From Paraglomus brasilianum (Eukaryota), in assembly GCA_910592345.1 (NCBI GenBank), contig CAJVPI010000182.1, forward strand, positions 1 through 44,981: a stretch of DNA of 44,981 nt, read 5' to 3'. The position numbers and the translations under genes are program-made. Positions within the stretch are counted from its first letter, which is position 1, and each line of letters opens with the position of its first letter. Below are positions 14,393 to 27,018 of the stretch, one piece after another. The notes below the pieces were generated by a model. That model was not told the origin of the DNA. It saw only the letters and a program-made list of their open reading frames with translations, and ran no database searches.

Positions 14393-14486
14393 TGTTGTGT
14401 CTGAGTTCGGGACCTGTCTCGGTTCCAAACCCAGACACTCAGTCCAGAACTCAGTTGTCTCGGTCCAGAACTGAGACAGGTCCCCA
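14393..14486. repeat. Dispersed repeat/MITE built from a ~21-bp cagtccagaactcagttgtct unit
   Basis: Inverted arms gggacctgtctcggttc / gaactgagacaggtccc. The same family recurs at 17593-17762. Confidence 0.7.
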
Positions 14487-15848
14487 ACGTATCTTTAATA
14501 AAGGAGAAGAAACCTCAAATTGTTAATTTGACAAATTTATTGACTGACTATTATTAAAATACATTATTTATTTATTTTTACTTGTCTTTCAACTTTTTCT
14601 TTTTAACTTATTTTTTCTGCCTTCCCCCCAGCTTATTATAATTTTTAAACTATATTAAATACATGTTACGATGACTATTAAAATATCTATTACGGTTGCT
14701 ATTTGCATCAACTACAGTTAGAACCACTATACATAATTATGCGACATTAAATAAACGGACGAATGAATAATAAATAAATAATAGATAGATAATAATAGAC
14801 TATTGCTCTAAACCGGCATGCCAAGCAGCAAACTCACCTTTCCTCTCTGGTCAGCTTCCGGTACAGATCCTTCACAAGCAGCCAAGCAGTCACCAAATCA
14901 GCTCCTCAAACCCCCCATGCCCACCAGTGTCCCATTGGATCCGATTACCCAGCTAATCCGCCAGGGAAAGAAGAAAGGGAGAGAGGAAGAAAATAAAGAA
15001 AATAGAGTTAGTATTTATAAACGTAAAGCAATGCGGACTTACCTTTATACTTACCAACCTTCTTCCCGTTATCTAAAGCTGTGTAAAAAAAAAGGAAAAA
15101 AAAGGAGATGTCTGAGAGTATTCCGGGCATCCCCCGTGACCTACTCATCAGACCCAGCTGGTATCGTCACCGCAGGATACACTGGAGACAATGGAGAGTA
15201 AGAAGAGCCTCATCAGCAACCACCCGCTCCTCGATCCAGATCCGTAGCCATCCGCCGGCAGAGAAGAAGGAGAGTAGCCACCTAGTAGACCAGTTTAAAG
15301 AACAATAGTATTTGTTAGCTATTTATTACTTATCTATGTTTGTTTTTCTATATTCATTGCTTCTTGTTCTCCCCATTAAGATCGTTGACTATGAAAGTCT
15401 TTTGACTCTAAATGAGTCGTTTTTGCCGTATTTGTGACGTTTGTTTCAAGCCAAAAGCCAGTCGGCAAACTTCTTATAGTTGTGGAGTGGACTGTATTTA
15501 ACCGCTAAATGTATAATAATAATAACTTGGTTAGACCGTTTATATTTCGATTATTTATTTCACAAAGTCAAGACGTCTGATTATAACGTCTAACATGTCC
15601 ATAAGGGAATTAGAGAAAAAATACTGAATGCTTATAAGGAGAATGGAAGGTTCTTGGGAATTTATTTTTTTTACTCCTGCATACTCAATAAAAACCTTAC
15701 TGGTATATCATACTTACAATGACAACTCCTTTTGAAACTTCTTTCGATATTTCCTCGACTTTAGATTTAGCTGGCGCAGTACATCTTGCAAGGAGAAGAC
15801 AGGCTTTGTTTATCTCGTATATCGCACATTTGATTTGAAGGAAGACGG

Positions 15849-16156
15849 TACGTTTGTTTCCGTCCGCTCGTGTGAGTTACGTGTTGCCGTTTGTTTCCGT
15901 CCGCTCGCGTGAGTTACGTGTTGCAGTCGTATTGTGTGTATTCAAGTACTTTAAGAAACGGCTTTTTGGAGGGGAGTACGTTTCGTTTTCGTTCGACTGT
16001 TTGCTCGTGTGAGTTACGTGTTGCAGTCGTATTGTGTGTATTCAAGTACTTTAGGAAACGGCTTTTGTAGGAGTACGTTCGTTTCATCCGACTGCTTGCT
16101 CGTGTGAGTTACGTGTTGCAGTCGTATTGTGTTTGTTCAAGCACTTTAAGAAACGG
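15849..16156. repeat. Tandem array, ~3 copies of a ~95-100-bp unit plus a 37-bp partial copy
   Basis: gctcgtgtgagttacgtgttgcagtcgtattgtgtgtattcaagtacttta(a/g)gaaacgg is repeated. Confidence 0.9.
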
Positions 16157-17592
16157 GTATAGCGTTCCTCCATTGTAAAAATTTTGTTTGCATATTTGAG
16201 GTTCTGCCGTTGTTGTGTGGTTTAAACTGTGTTATAAGGAGGGAAAGAGCGTCAAAGGCCTCTTGTCTTGCAAAGTTGGCTTGTGTGTATTCGTCTCAGG
16301 GGAAGAGTTGCTCTGTGAAGCGAGAGATACGCGATGATCAAGTTGCACCTTGGTGGGTATATATAAGTGTCTAAGCAGACGCGTACTCGCGTCTGACAAC
16401 GAATCACGGTGAAGCATGATTGCTATTATTTGTCTTTATAAGTATAAATGTTGTTACCTACGTAGTAAGGAGTGTGAGAAATTGTTGTTAACCAATAGTA
16501 AAGCATATTAATTAATATAGATGTTTATATAAGTCTATTGTGGATTTTATTGTTTGAACAACTATTAGTAAAAATTTTTGACTGGCTAGCAAATCCGATG
16601 TGTCACGCGTATATTAATATGTCTCCTTTTTCTTTAAACTGATCCTCAAGATAATATCAGCGTATACGTTTATCCAGGTAATACGGTACGATATAATTCA
16701 TATACAGAAAGCCGATTCTTATGTGTGATATTTCATTGGTGATACAAGTGTAACAAGTCACTTTGAGAACAAACTTTTTTACGTACTATATTTATAAATA
16801 ACGAAACTGTTTGACATCCATAATTCGACTCTTAACTTTGAAAGGGGGTTCCGAACATGTTACATATTTCATGTCGACTCTTCTATACTACACCCTTGGT
16901 TTAGCTGCAATAGCATGCATCCGAACTGACTCGCTTATACTATTAGAAGGAATACAGCATGTTAACCCATTTGAGCTGCTGGAGAGTCCTTTAAATAACG
17001 TTAAATGCTTAAAAATGTGTATATATAAGTTTATGTTTGTTCTTTGGACTTTTTATTATCCTAGTAACAAATTCCTTTGTGATTTTGTGTATTGCGATTA
17101 ACTGCGCATAGTACACAATGAATACAGAAATGGTTATACTGTACTATTTGCATACATGAATAAATATACACACATAACAGTGAGGCTCCAATACGATTTA
17201 CTCGTACTTTCTATGATTATGTAGATTCTAAACTATTTTAAGTAACTCTTAAACTATGCCGACAGTTTCATGGCTGCAAGCGAAAAATCCCGAGTGTCAT
17301 TGCGTGGATTTACAAATCTCTTCACTACCTGTAAAATTCGTTTTCATGATATATAAGATTACACCAATCGAGAATTTCATTAAATTGCCGTAAGTAAATT
17401 TGTTTCTTGTATAAAAATACATATATTTGTAAACTTTTATCTAATTTTGTCATACTTTTTATATTAGAAAAAAAAAATTCCACTTTTTTTGTAACACACT
17501 GTATACAAATGAGGTAGATTTATACTGATATACAATAAGGAGCTGGGGGTACAATAAATAGGGGGATACATAAAGTGACGCAAATTATAATA

Positions 17593-17762
17593 TTGTTGTA
17601 CCTCAGTTCGGGACCATCTCAGTCTAGAACTCAGTCATCTCAGTCCGGAACTCAGTTGTCTCAGTCCAAAACTCAGACATTTCCCCGTGATCGACATTTG
17701 ACGTATTGCTGTTGTACCTCAGTTCGACTGACTGAGATGACTGAGTTCTGGACCGAGACAAC
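17593..17762. repeat. Second and third copies of the 21-bp-unit dispersed repeat
   Basis: tgttgtacctcagttcg heads at ~17594 and ~17710. cagtc(t/c)(a/g)gaactcagt units, with the last segment inverted. Confidence 0.7.
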
Positions 17763-18067
17763 GGAAAAATCTTGCTTGTCAATAAACGTTCTCAGTACTT
17801 CTTATTCAAACGATGTCGTTAACATCAGGGACTGTTAATAATCCAGCAATTGACAACTTGGTTCAATCTTCCTTGGAAAGTGAATATGATAAAAGACTTG
17901 AATGGATTTCTTACGAAAAAATCACCAACATAAAGCCAACTCAAATTTCCACCGTCCATTACGCTCATCGTTGCAAATTTTTTGACACGTGATATAAACA
18001 TATTTATTGCCGTATTGCTATAACAATGGAACTATTGTAATTATGAGATAAATTACTCGAACTTTTA

Positions 18068-18309
18068 CCGTAGTCTCTCATGAATAAGGCCCCCCTTCAT
18101 TATGGGTCTCTTATTCATGAGATGGTTGGTTGTGGCTTAACAATGCAAAATGAACCACGAATCGTCACGTAACAACTGTCCGCGTTATCTCTGTTTATTA
18201 CATAATCACGAACTGCATACTTCATATGATAATAATTTTCAAACTAGTGAGTGATGAGAGGGGGTAGCTATTTCACGATATTACAGGTCTTATTCATGAG
18301 AGTTTACGG
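18068..18309. mobile_element. 242-bp pogo/Tc2-type MITE
   Basis: TA TSDs (18066-67, 18310-11). TIRs ccgtagtctctcatgaataaggcc / ggtcttattcatgagagtttacgg. Internal inverted TIR copy at ~18106-18121. Confidence 0.85.
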
Positions 18310-18356
18310 TACTTGTGTGGCTTGATTTTATCCATGCTATCGATTGTTATTTTTTA

Positions 18357-19156
18357 CCATGGTCCGGTGCAAAAAGATAGATACCTCAGATTATTGCGAA
18401 CAAAATTTTTTTTCTAAAATCTAATTTTACCAATATTTTCTTTAGGTTATCAGATATAAGTTTTATTAAAAATTTACTCACTGGATTCCATGTTATCTTC
18501 AGAAATGGATTCGTCATCAGTTTTCTCATTAGATAAATATACATGCTAAAACAACACCCTGGTGATGAACCCAAGTGTTAGGTGAAGTGTGATGAAGATG
18601 GCAGTATGATTCATCTAAAAACACTTCAGGTCGATTTGGAATATCATTGTTTCCCTGTAAATTTGATAAGCGACTACGAATGTATTGGCACCGAAATGAT
18701 ACGTTGTTTGGAAATTGTAAAATATTCCTACGTTTGCCGTGGCCGTAATAGTAACCTAATGGCAATAAACAAAGAAGTTTTCATTAGGAAGCGTAAACCC
18801 ATCCTCAGCAAGATATTGCCGAGAATTGGTTAAAACAGCCGTTCCAGCTTTGTTTGCATCGGTAATTTTTTTGCCCCCCCCCCCCAAGACCTCAGCAACA
18901 CGCTTGCGTAGTGTGAACTTTTGACGTTTTTTATTCTCCTCTGAAAAGTAGTTGCGAGCGTTTAAAATCATTATTTTTTCGTTTTCAGTTAGGGGAGCAG
19001 CACTTTGCTAGCTCGTGAATAAAGACTTTTTCAAACAAGTTAAGTGATGTACTATATAAAGATGGTTATTCACTTGTGTTATGGTTATTAAAGTCGCACA
19101 CAACGATGTGATAGCGATCAATTTCGAAGTGTCTATCTTTTTGCACCGGATCATAT
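18357..19156 (-). mobile_element. 800-bp internally deleted Tc1/IS630-like element with a frameshifted transposase fragment
   Basis: TIRs ccatggtccggtgcaaaaagatagata / tgtctatcttttttgcaccggatcatat with flanking TA. Minus-strand fragments ILNARNYFSEENKKRQKFTLRKRVAEVLG and NRPEVFLDESYCHLHH (first catalytic-D motif). The rest of the DDE domain is missing. Confidence 0.8.
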
Positions 19157-19341
19157 TAGGCTTAAAATGACGTTTATGGTTTATAATATTGATATCAAAC
19201 AACAATGAATTTAATATATGGTCTATTCTATAACCTGATAATTATCGATTTTGATATCTTTATTTTACGCTTGAGTTTAGCTTTATTAATTAGTTACATT
19301 GGTAATTAATCTACCATCTTTAATTGATACACAATCGTAGA

Positions 19342-19760
19342 CACATCCTGTCGATTCGTCCCGGACGTAAGAGCGCAGAGTCCTTGAGAGTACAGCTGTC
19401 AAAACTTTATAAATATGAAAATCGATCAACATACCGTGTCACTAACTTACAATTATATCAGGCCGATTCGTCGCCGCCACGATCGTAACATTCACTAAAG
19501 GCTCAATTCCATCAAGCTCATTCAGCAATTGAGCAAGGACGCGGTCAGCAACAGACGCTCCTCCACCATCGGAATCACCAAGACCACGCGTAACAGTTAA
19601 CGCGTCGATTTCATCCTAGTAACGTTGAAATCGGGTAAATATATTGATTTCATATTTGGTTAGATGATATACAATACGACAAACTGATTCTCCTTACAAG
19701 AACACAATAAATGGTGTCGCAGCTATTGCTTTCCGAAACACATTTCGAAAACCCACTTGC
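19342..19760 (-). pseudogene. Intron-retaining fragment of an AFG2/DRG1/SPATA5-type AAA+ ATPase (D2 domain)
   Basis: Three GT-AG-delimited exons: RNVFRKAIAATPFIVF | [55 protein letters not shown] | DSALLRPGRIDRM. Exon 1 has a deletion and a frameshift. No Walker A or N-terminus. Confidence 0.85.
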
Positions 19761-20083
19761 TAAAAAGCTTTACAAAATTAAACCGTCAGTTTGATAATGT
19801 CAACAAACCAAAAAATTTAACTCAAACGTGGTCACGCGCGCAGCTGCAAATGGAGGAAATACTGAATATACTGTATGTCTTAAAAGGGAACTGTGCAAGT
19901 GAGATGTAATTAACAGAGAAGCCTAATTATCACTCATCCTTTCACGCCAAAGTGAGTAGTAAACCATCCAAATATTCGCATCAATAATTTACTGTAACAT
20001 GGGCTGCAAGACGCATGACCCACGTAGATCAGGACAAACTTTACGCAGTACCTCGCACAATTTGTTGTGATCAAAATATTTTA

Positions 20084-23000
20084 TTATCGAGTTACAATGT
20101 CGAGTGTCCGTCTGATAAATGACTCCCATAGATTAAAAGTTTTCTCTACATGATTTTGCTTTTCCTCGGGTTCTACGGAAGCAGCATGCATTTCATTGGT
20201 GGGTTCTTTATCGCTAGTGTCTTTACCCGATCCAAATAGATCTTTTATTAATTCTTCGGTTGATGGCTCTGCCAATTGTGTATATGCTGGTGGTGGAGCT
20301 TCCTTGCACAAGAGCTGGAAGAAATGAAATGGTGGGTGGGTGGAAGGGAAAAAAAAAAAAACTCAAAAACTGAACAGAGCAGCATAGCAATTCGAACTCA
20401 CCTTTGTTTGTAATATAGTGGCATTTGTCTCTTGTTGTTGGCTTATTCTTGTCTCTAATAGTAATCCAGAATACTCGTATCGACTTACAGATGACAATGA
20501 TATATTGTTGAGCGTATATTGAAGTGATGACTTTGCAGTCTCTTCTCCAGGAGGCATTTCGAATTGAAATTCGCGAGGACATTCAAAGTGTTTCCTTCCA
20601 TCACTATAAAAGTTATCTTTAGTGTATTAATAGATGGGCTGTGTTGCAATGCTTCTTTGAACTATCTTTGATAAGGCTGACCTGCTGAGAGAACATCTAT
20701 CAATAAATTTCTCTGCTCCTTTGGCGGAAAATAAATCAAGTGAACTGGCGGCCATTATTCTGAAATCTGCTGGTCTATCCATCATCATAAAATCAACAAT
20801 GAGTCGTTTTTTGCAGCCCAACACTTTCTGAAGCTCGATTCTGTTGTCTTTGTGAATTTTGAATTTGAGATTTAAATGTACAGGTTGATATTCTGACAGA
20901 GATTCGTCCGCGTTCACCACATATTCAACATCAACACATTCCTCCGGTTCTGAGACTGGCCAGAGTCCTTCAACAAGACCATAAAATGGATAGCTAAAAA
21001 GAGTAAATTTTATAAGTTACGCGTCATCTATTGAATACGATTCAAGTTATCCATATATTTTACCTTGGAAGAAATGCTTGGGTGTAACTTGAAGGGTGGA
21101 CCATTTTTCCCAACTCACGTTGACTGAATTTTCCAGATTCAGCTGGAGAAAGGAGATATTTGTCAGATACAGTATTATTATGGTGAAATATTATATGACC
21201 AAACCTACATCATTAATACAATATATCAATTAAATTAATCATTAATAAGTGTCACGGGAGTAGTAACTCCATGTCCCACAGATCATAAAGTAGAACTGAG
21301 TAGAAACCTTACAGAGCGCACAGGTCAACTTTTGTATTTGGAGATTCATCTTCAATGTATTTGCGCAAATGTTTGCCCAGTAGCTGAAATTTGGTATCAG
21401 AAAATCTATCCATTGTTCCTGAATTTTCTATGCTAATCAACAGGCAAGTTTTATTGTTAGTCAGTAAACTTGACTAGTTCAATTCGGATATTCCTATGGG
21501 TTACCTTTTACTCGCATTTAATACCGAGAGCGGGTCAACGATTGTTGGTTTGGTGAGCAGGTCCTTGGTTCCCTATAATTCCATCGTGAATTGCATATTG
21601 TTAATATGACCGATCACTATATACAAGAGTGCCATAAATCTCCATTCTATCAACCTTTTCCAGCACTTTCCCTATCCGATACCATGTAGAATCCTTCCAA
21701 TACATTGACATTGCTTTCAGATCATATATCGGAAAAAATGCGTATTGTTGTGCAGTAGTATCCAAGCTACTACACAGTGTCAAATGATTCTCGTTGACAT
21801 CAGGCTATTCAAAAAAAAGAAAAAGATAGGATTAGACTTGCGAAGTAAATCGATAACATCAAGTCAAGTCACAAACCACCTTATACCTTTGACCATGCTT
21901 TATCGAGTAATCGAATGGCCTCTTTGATATTATCTTCGCTCTGACCATATATCACCAACTGGAATAAAAATAGAATGTGAGCAATCACGAGACTCGTAAA
22001 CGCGTAATCATGGACGGAACGGTAAGAAAAATTAAAAATGCTTGTCTATTTATTTTGTTTTTTCTTTCTACCTTATTTCCATTGACCTCGATAAATGTGC
22101 TAGCCATTCGACAGACATTGACAATGTATGGCATAATTTCGTTCAATGATCTATCGTCAATGATTATATGTGGAGCGGGATCTATTATTTTGGAAGCACA
22201 ATCCTGTATCAAAAGTAATTAGCAGACGGAATGACAATACGCGAACCAGCAAGCCCAGTTAGCAAATATGGAATACCGTTGCATTCTTTATCATCTCTTT
22301 CGCCATTACCACATCCGCTCGCTTGCCAAATAAAGCATATGACTCTCTCTCCAAATTAATGCGTATATTAACACCAGTAGATGACTCTATGGTTTGCAAT
22401 GTCTCACCGTCTGTAACATGAAAGTAATTTGTGGATACTCTTCTCAAAACGTGATATAAAGTTAGCATCATTATTTTTTTTTTTAAAAAAAAAAGACCAC
22501 CCACCAGGACCAATTAAGAAATACAAAGTACTTCTATCCGCTTGCACAGCTACAGCATAAGAAATTCCATAAGCTATCCGTATTCGCATTCACTAACAGC
22601 AATCGTATCATATCAAGAACAATACGGGTTTATATTACTCTCTCTCAGAATCTTATTCCAATATTCATTTGGATAGAATTCGCTTATGTTCCACACATCG
22701 CGAATAATTTTTTTAATTATCGCACCCTTGTTAGATGGTACTCTGACACTGTGTTTTCTCAGATAGTCGCGTAACTGGTCTGCGAGAAATCCTCCAGAGA
22801 TCTTATCAACGAGTTCCTGGTAGGCTAGATAATTAATCTTGGATGTAGTAGGTTTAAGGCTGTCTAAATCTGCGGCTGTAACTTTAATGTCGGCTCGAGG
22901 TTCACGGCCCATTAGCAGCTCACGACCCAAAGTCGAGTGATGACGAACTGTTAAAAGTTCTTGAATTAGAGAGGACGAGCTATCGCTTACATGCTCGGGG

Positions 23001-23284
23001 GGGAGAAGTTCTACTTTACGGCGTCGTTTCTTTGGGTTAGTTTTCTTTTTCAAAGACTTTTTTTTTGGCCGACTTTTCGTCTTATTATCGTCAATTTCTA
23101 CAACGGGGTCCTGGATAGAGTCTGTGACGCTGAGAGTATCCGAGTAAAGGCGAGCAGGTAATTGGCTAAAAACGGAAACCGACTTTGGTCGAGGATGGCC
23201 CCCAGAAACGATCTGTGCTGAATGCAGTAGATGACGTGTTAGATGAACGGCGTTTCGTGAAAAAGGCGAAGCGCGGTTCATCAT
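20084..23284 (-). CDS. SLS1: Mitochondrial inner-membrane-bound regulator SLS1-like protein; multi-exon
   Basis: Arg/Ser-rich presequence (MMNRASPFSRNAVHLTRHLL). SLS1-type motif YQELVDKISGGFLADQLRDYLRKH...KGAIIKKIIRDVWNI. KH-like segment (DGETLQTIESSTGVNIRI...ALFGKRADVVMAKEMI). Exact internal exon boundaries were not all resolved. Confidence 0.65.
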
Positions 23285-23982
23285 TTGCGTGTAAAAGTTG
23301 TGAGAACGAGGGATCCGCACAAAATTTTTTTTGGATTGGGGCGTGACTTTTGGTGATGATCGAAAACGATTACACTGATGTTTGCTGGTTCAGGATCCCT
23401 GATATAATATATTTCTAGTTATGGCTGTAATCACTGTATTGGGCCATTTCTCTGTTGATCCATACGCTGAATAAGAAGCTACGGTTATGCTTATACGTGT
23501 AAGTTAGTGATCTTATGCATAGATTCACTTCACAGGCAGGGATATGCAAAACTCTTATAACAATAATAATAAATTGAGGATTGTCTTATAAACAGAGAGA
23601 ATGTTGCAAAGGAAATATCTCACTCGATATTTGATTAAGATGGAAGATCGTTTGTGAAAGTCAACGCATAGAACAAATTGCAAATGAGCATATACCTAAT
23701 AGTGTAGCATTAACAATTATTCAATGAACGACACATTATCTATTTGACCTAATTATTACATTCGCATATTTGCATGTAGACTAAGGCTGATAAAAATGCA
23801 AAACTATAAACAGTTTGCAATTTTCTTTCCGTACAACTATTGACCTGTTCTTACCATCCTCCCCTCTTGGAATGTATATAAAACTAGTGTCTCCAAATGC
23901 TTTCTACTGTCGAGCAATAATTACCTTCTTTATCTTGTTCTTCTTCTTCTTCGCACTGCCTTTCATTCTCAGAAAATCGACA

Positions 23983-24668
23983 ATGGCAGCCAACAGCACT
24001 TTAACGTCACCAGTTAAAAATGATGTTTGCGCAAATCCAGGGTGTTGCGGATTAGACTGCTCTTACCAGGGACTTTACGAGTAAGATATATATATATACA
24101 TATATACCCTCAATTGAATTGATTGGCTTAGTAGTTTAAAGGCTATTCTGACTATCCTTTTAGACTAATTAATGGCATAGATGTATCAGACCCCAAAACG
24201 CTTAGGGATGCTCTTGCTAGTCTCTTCGCACCAACCCTAGACAAGCAAGTCACTTCAGAAGACGAAGTTAACAGACTCACTGATGCATGGCAAGTGTAGA
24301 ACGAAATATACTTTTTTTTTCCTTTATGTTTCCAGATAATAATTCTCTCATCTTTATACAGGTCCTCGGCAAACTCGGCAATCTTCAGAGGTAAAGCTCA
24401 ATGCGTCAAAGAATTCATGTTGGCTTGGATATGTGACAAGTATGATACATGTACCTCAGTTGAGCCGCTGAAGACATTGCTCGATAGACTTCCTGGTCTT
24501 TTTGCAAACATTTTACTCGATGATACTGTCACAGCATGGACTGTCAAGAAAGCACTTCAAGAGGCAATGAAAATGGATGTCTCGATTGCAAAAAGTTTGA
24601 CTGATTCGGCAGCAGAAGTTGTGAGGTTGAGCGACGTCGATTTCCTTTATGATGTTGGTAAATGCTAG
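23983..24668 (+). CDS. Unknown ~176-aa protein, 3 exons, Cys-rich N-terminus then predicted helical region
   Basis: TATA-like gtatataaaa ~110 bp upstream. Exons ~23983-24080, 24163-24289 and 24362-24668 join into one open frame: MAANSTLTSPVKNDVCANPGCCGLDCSYQGLYELINGIDVSDPKTLRDALASLF...FLYDVGKC. Confidence 0.7.
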
Positions 24669-25702
24669 GGCTCTTTTACACAATAGCATTCAATTCAATT
24701 ATTAGTCTACTTGTTTTCACAAGAATTTATCCATTATAATTACATTGAGCTGTCTCTAAATGCACGTCGTACATTAGAGAACGCCAACATGTAGTTTCAC
24801 ATAACCTCTCTGTATGATATGAACCTCTATTCCCTGATAATTTGTAATATGTTTTGTCACGGAATATATAAGCCTCAAATGGTCATAATATAATGAACAC
24901 TTAATTTATTAAATCTAAATATTAGTGCGAAATGATTTCTCTTCTTAATTAATTAAAATATTTATCACATGGTATTGCATTTCATTATCGTATAAAGATA
25001 GCTTGCATTGCAGAATGTAGAACGTGCCCTTATCTCAAGTCCCTATCATGGGACTGAACACTTGCTGTGCATTTAGAGCTGGAATTTTGTATATTATAAA
25101 TAATTCTTGTAATTGTATTCTATCCGTTAATACTAACACCAATTTTGATAAGAAATTGTGTCTGTCATTGCAAATATCTCATTCCTCAATTACTTGCATT
25201 TTTTAAATCCTAATGAGCGTATATTTCGAATGAATTATCACCCAACAATTATTATTGTCAGTGACGTGAATTTCGATTTCAAGCAGCTTGACGATCTAGC
25301 ACTACATACGTAGATCCTGCACAAACATTGCTATCAAATATTTAGCATCCGAATCCCAGTTCGTTAGTTGGATAGAAACTTAGCAGAGCAAGAAACGACA
25401 GTTTTATGTAACGGCATTGAATAGAGGGTTACAGATTGACAACTTGATCTTGTTCTTTACCGAAGGCGTTATGTAAAAGTTTACATAAAGCAGAAGCACG
25501 ATGAAATAGTGTGCGGCCCGCAAGATTATTAATGCCTTACAGCGTTGGCAAATATGGTGGTATGAAGAGCTTGTGCTTTCGTGACGTCACCAGTCATTAC
25601 TTATGTAGTACGAACATTTCACCCCATTGATTTCAGCTGTGTTCCATCCTTTGCTCAATCATTTCTTCACCCCCCCTTCATTTTCTTCCTTTCTTGCGGG
25701 AT

Positions 25703-26337
25703 ATGCCTGTCCCACCCGAACTACCGACTCCGCCAAACCCTCAGCGGTATGCTGCGTCAATATCCACACCCACTTATCTTGATGAACCTCCATATCGAAG
25801 CAACCCCGATACGAATACCGACAATACGAATCTGTCCGTATTCACGCATCACTTTGGCGAAACGGAACAATTACGGAGTGTGATAGAAATTGACGAAACT
25901 GATATAGTGACTGATGTAACAGAGGAAGAGGAAGAAGAAGAGGAAGAGGAAGAGGAGTGTGATGAGCTACAGGATGAAGAGGATCTTGCCGAGATGTTTA
26001 AGGTGTTTAAGGATGTATTGATTACTCTGGTTTTACCTCAAGTAGCTAAATATTTTGGAAGGAGATTTTCATTCTGGGGTGAGTGCAGTTGAAGGGTGAT
26101 TGGGATTTAGGCAGAGAACATGCATATACATTTATGACACGGCAGAATGTGAAATCGTGCTTACGTTTTTATTGAACGTGTCGATGAAAGACGTGTAATT
26201 GTTTTACTTAGTATTTCACTTTGTTTACAGCATGGACACGGTTCATAGAATGGTATTATCAACCAAGTCTAGTGAACGAGAGCGGAACAGAACGGTCACG
26301 AGAGCAGCGGTCAAATCAAACACGGATACATAAATAG
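25703..26337 (+). CDS. MIM2: Mitochondrial import protein Mim2
   Basis: An acidic stretch precedes LITLVLPQVAKYFGRRFSFW|AWTRFIEWYY, the Mim2 signature. Intron 26079-26230; stop TAG 26335-26337. Confidence 0.8.
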
Positions 26338-26489
26338 TTAATACGGTGTCTTATAATTGCTCAAATCTCGAGTATTTCATCATGTTTAATTGCTAATTCC
26401 ATAAACGAATTTATGAGAGTTGATAAAAGAAACATTACTTAGAGTCACAATTCCTCTATATATATAATTAAGGACAGCTGAATTGATCT

Positions 26490-27018
26490 CTAGCGCTGGG
26501 CAGACCACACACTGGAATGAACAAAAACAGCGTTAGCCTATTACCGAGCACATTTGGAATACTTATATTATCTCAATTCAATACTTACTTCTTCAGCACT
26601 GCAGATTATTCGTCATCAAAATATCGTTTGTTTGTTTTTCATTAGTCACTTTACTTTCAAAATGCGCAGAAATACTTCAAAAACACGTGTATGTGACTTA
26701 CATCCGTCTCTTGTGGCCAAGCGATTAATAGAATCGTCAGACTCTCCTTGGGAGCGAACATACCCAGAAAGGGCATAAATAACAGATTTTCCATGCTTTA
26801 AATGACCTTCTTCGTCGACTTCTCCAATATTAATTTGGACTGACGCATGGTCTTTTGCAGTGATAAGTCTGTTGGTTGCATCGCTGTTGGACCGAATTTG
26901 GGAACGGCGAGTTTATGAATAAATGCTTATCGTAATCGTTGTTCACGAGAATGCATGTATAACTATACCATTTTCTAGGCACGTAGAGGTCTACGACTAC
27001 ACCTTGATCGTTTTGCAT
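26490..27018 (-). CDS. RPS21: 40S ribosomal protein eS21; multi-exon with a micro-exon
   Basis: [16 protein letters not shown]...[25 protein letters not shown]...[25 protein letters not shown]...LKNVWSAQR*. Confidence 0.97.

Larger units (their letters stand above)
13134..17501. mobile_element. ~4.4-kb Tc1/mariner-type element without a recognisable transposase
   Basis: ~27-bp TIRs cagtgtgttacaaaaataagtggaatt (13134) and aattccactttttttgtaacacactg (ends 17501), each flanked by TA. Confidence 0.8.
12831..17520. mobile_element. Old pogo-like MITE split by two nested insertions
   Basis: Left end TA|cagtcgtacctcgtttatata (12831). A degenerate inverted counterpart tatacaaatgaggtagatt|ta lies immediately after the inner Tc1-like element (17502-17522). 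Confidence 0.5.

Noticed and set aside
14818..15308. 127-aa and 66-aa ORFs in a GC-richer patch
   Set aside because: Low-complexity with no recognisable domain; lies inside a transposon-bounded region.
15849..16156. CRISPR array or hammerhead/retrozyme interpretation of the tandem repeat
   Set aside because: Eukaryotic context, homologous linkers, no cas genes, and no CUGANGA...GAAA core on either strand.
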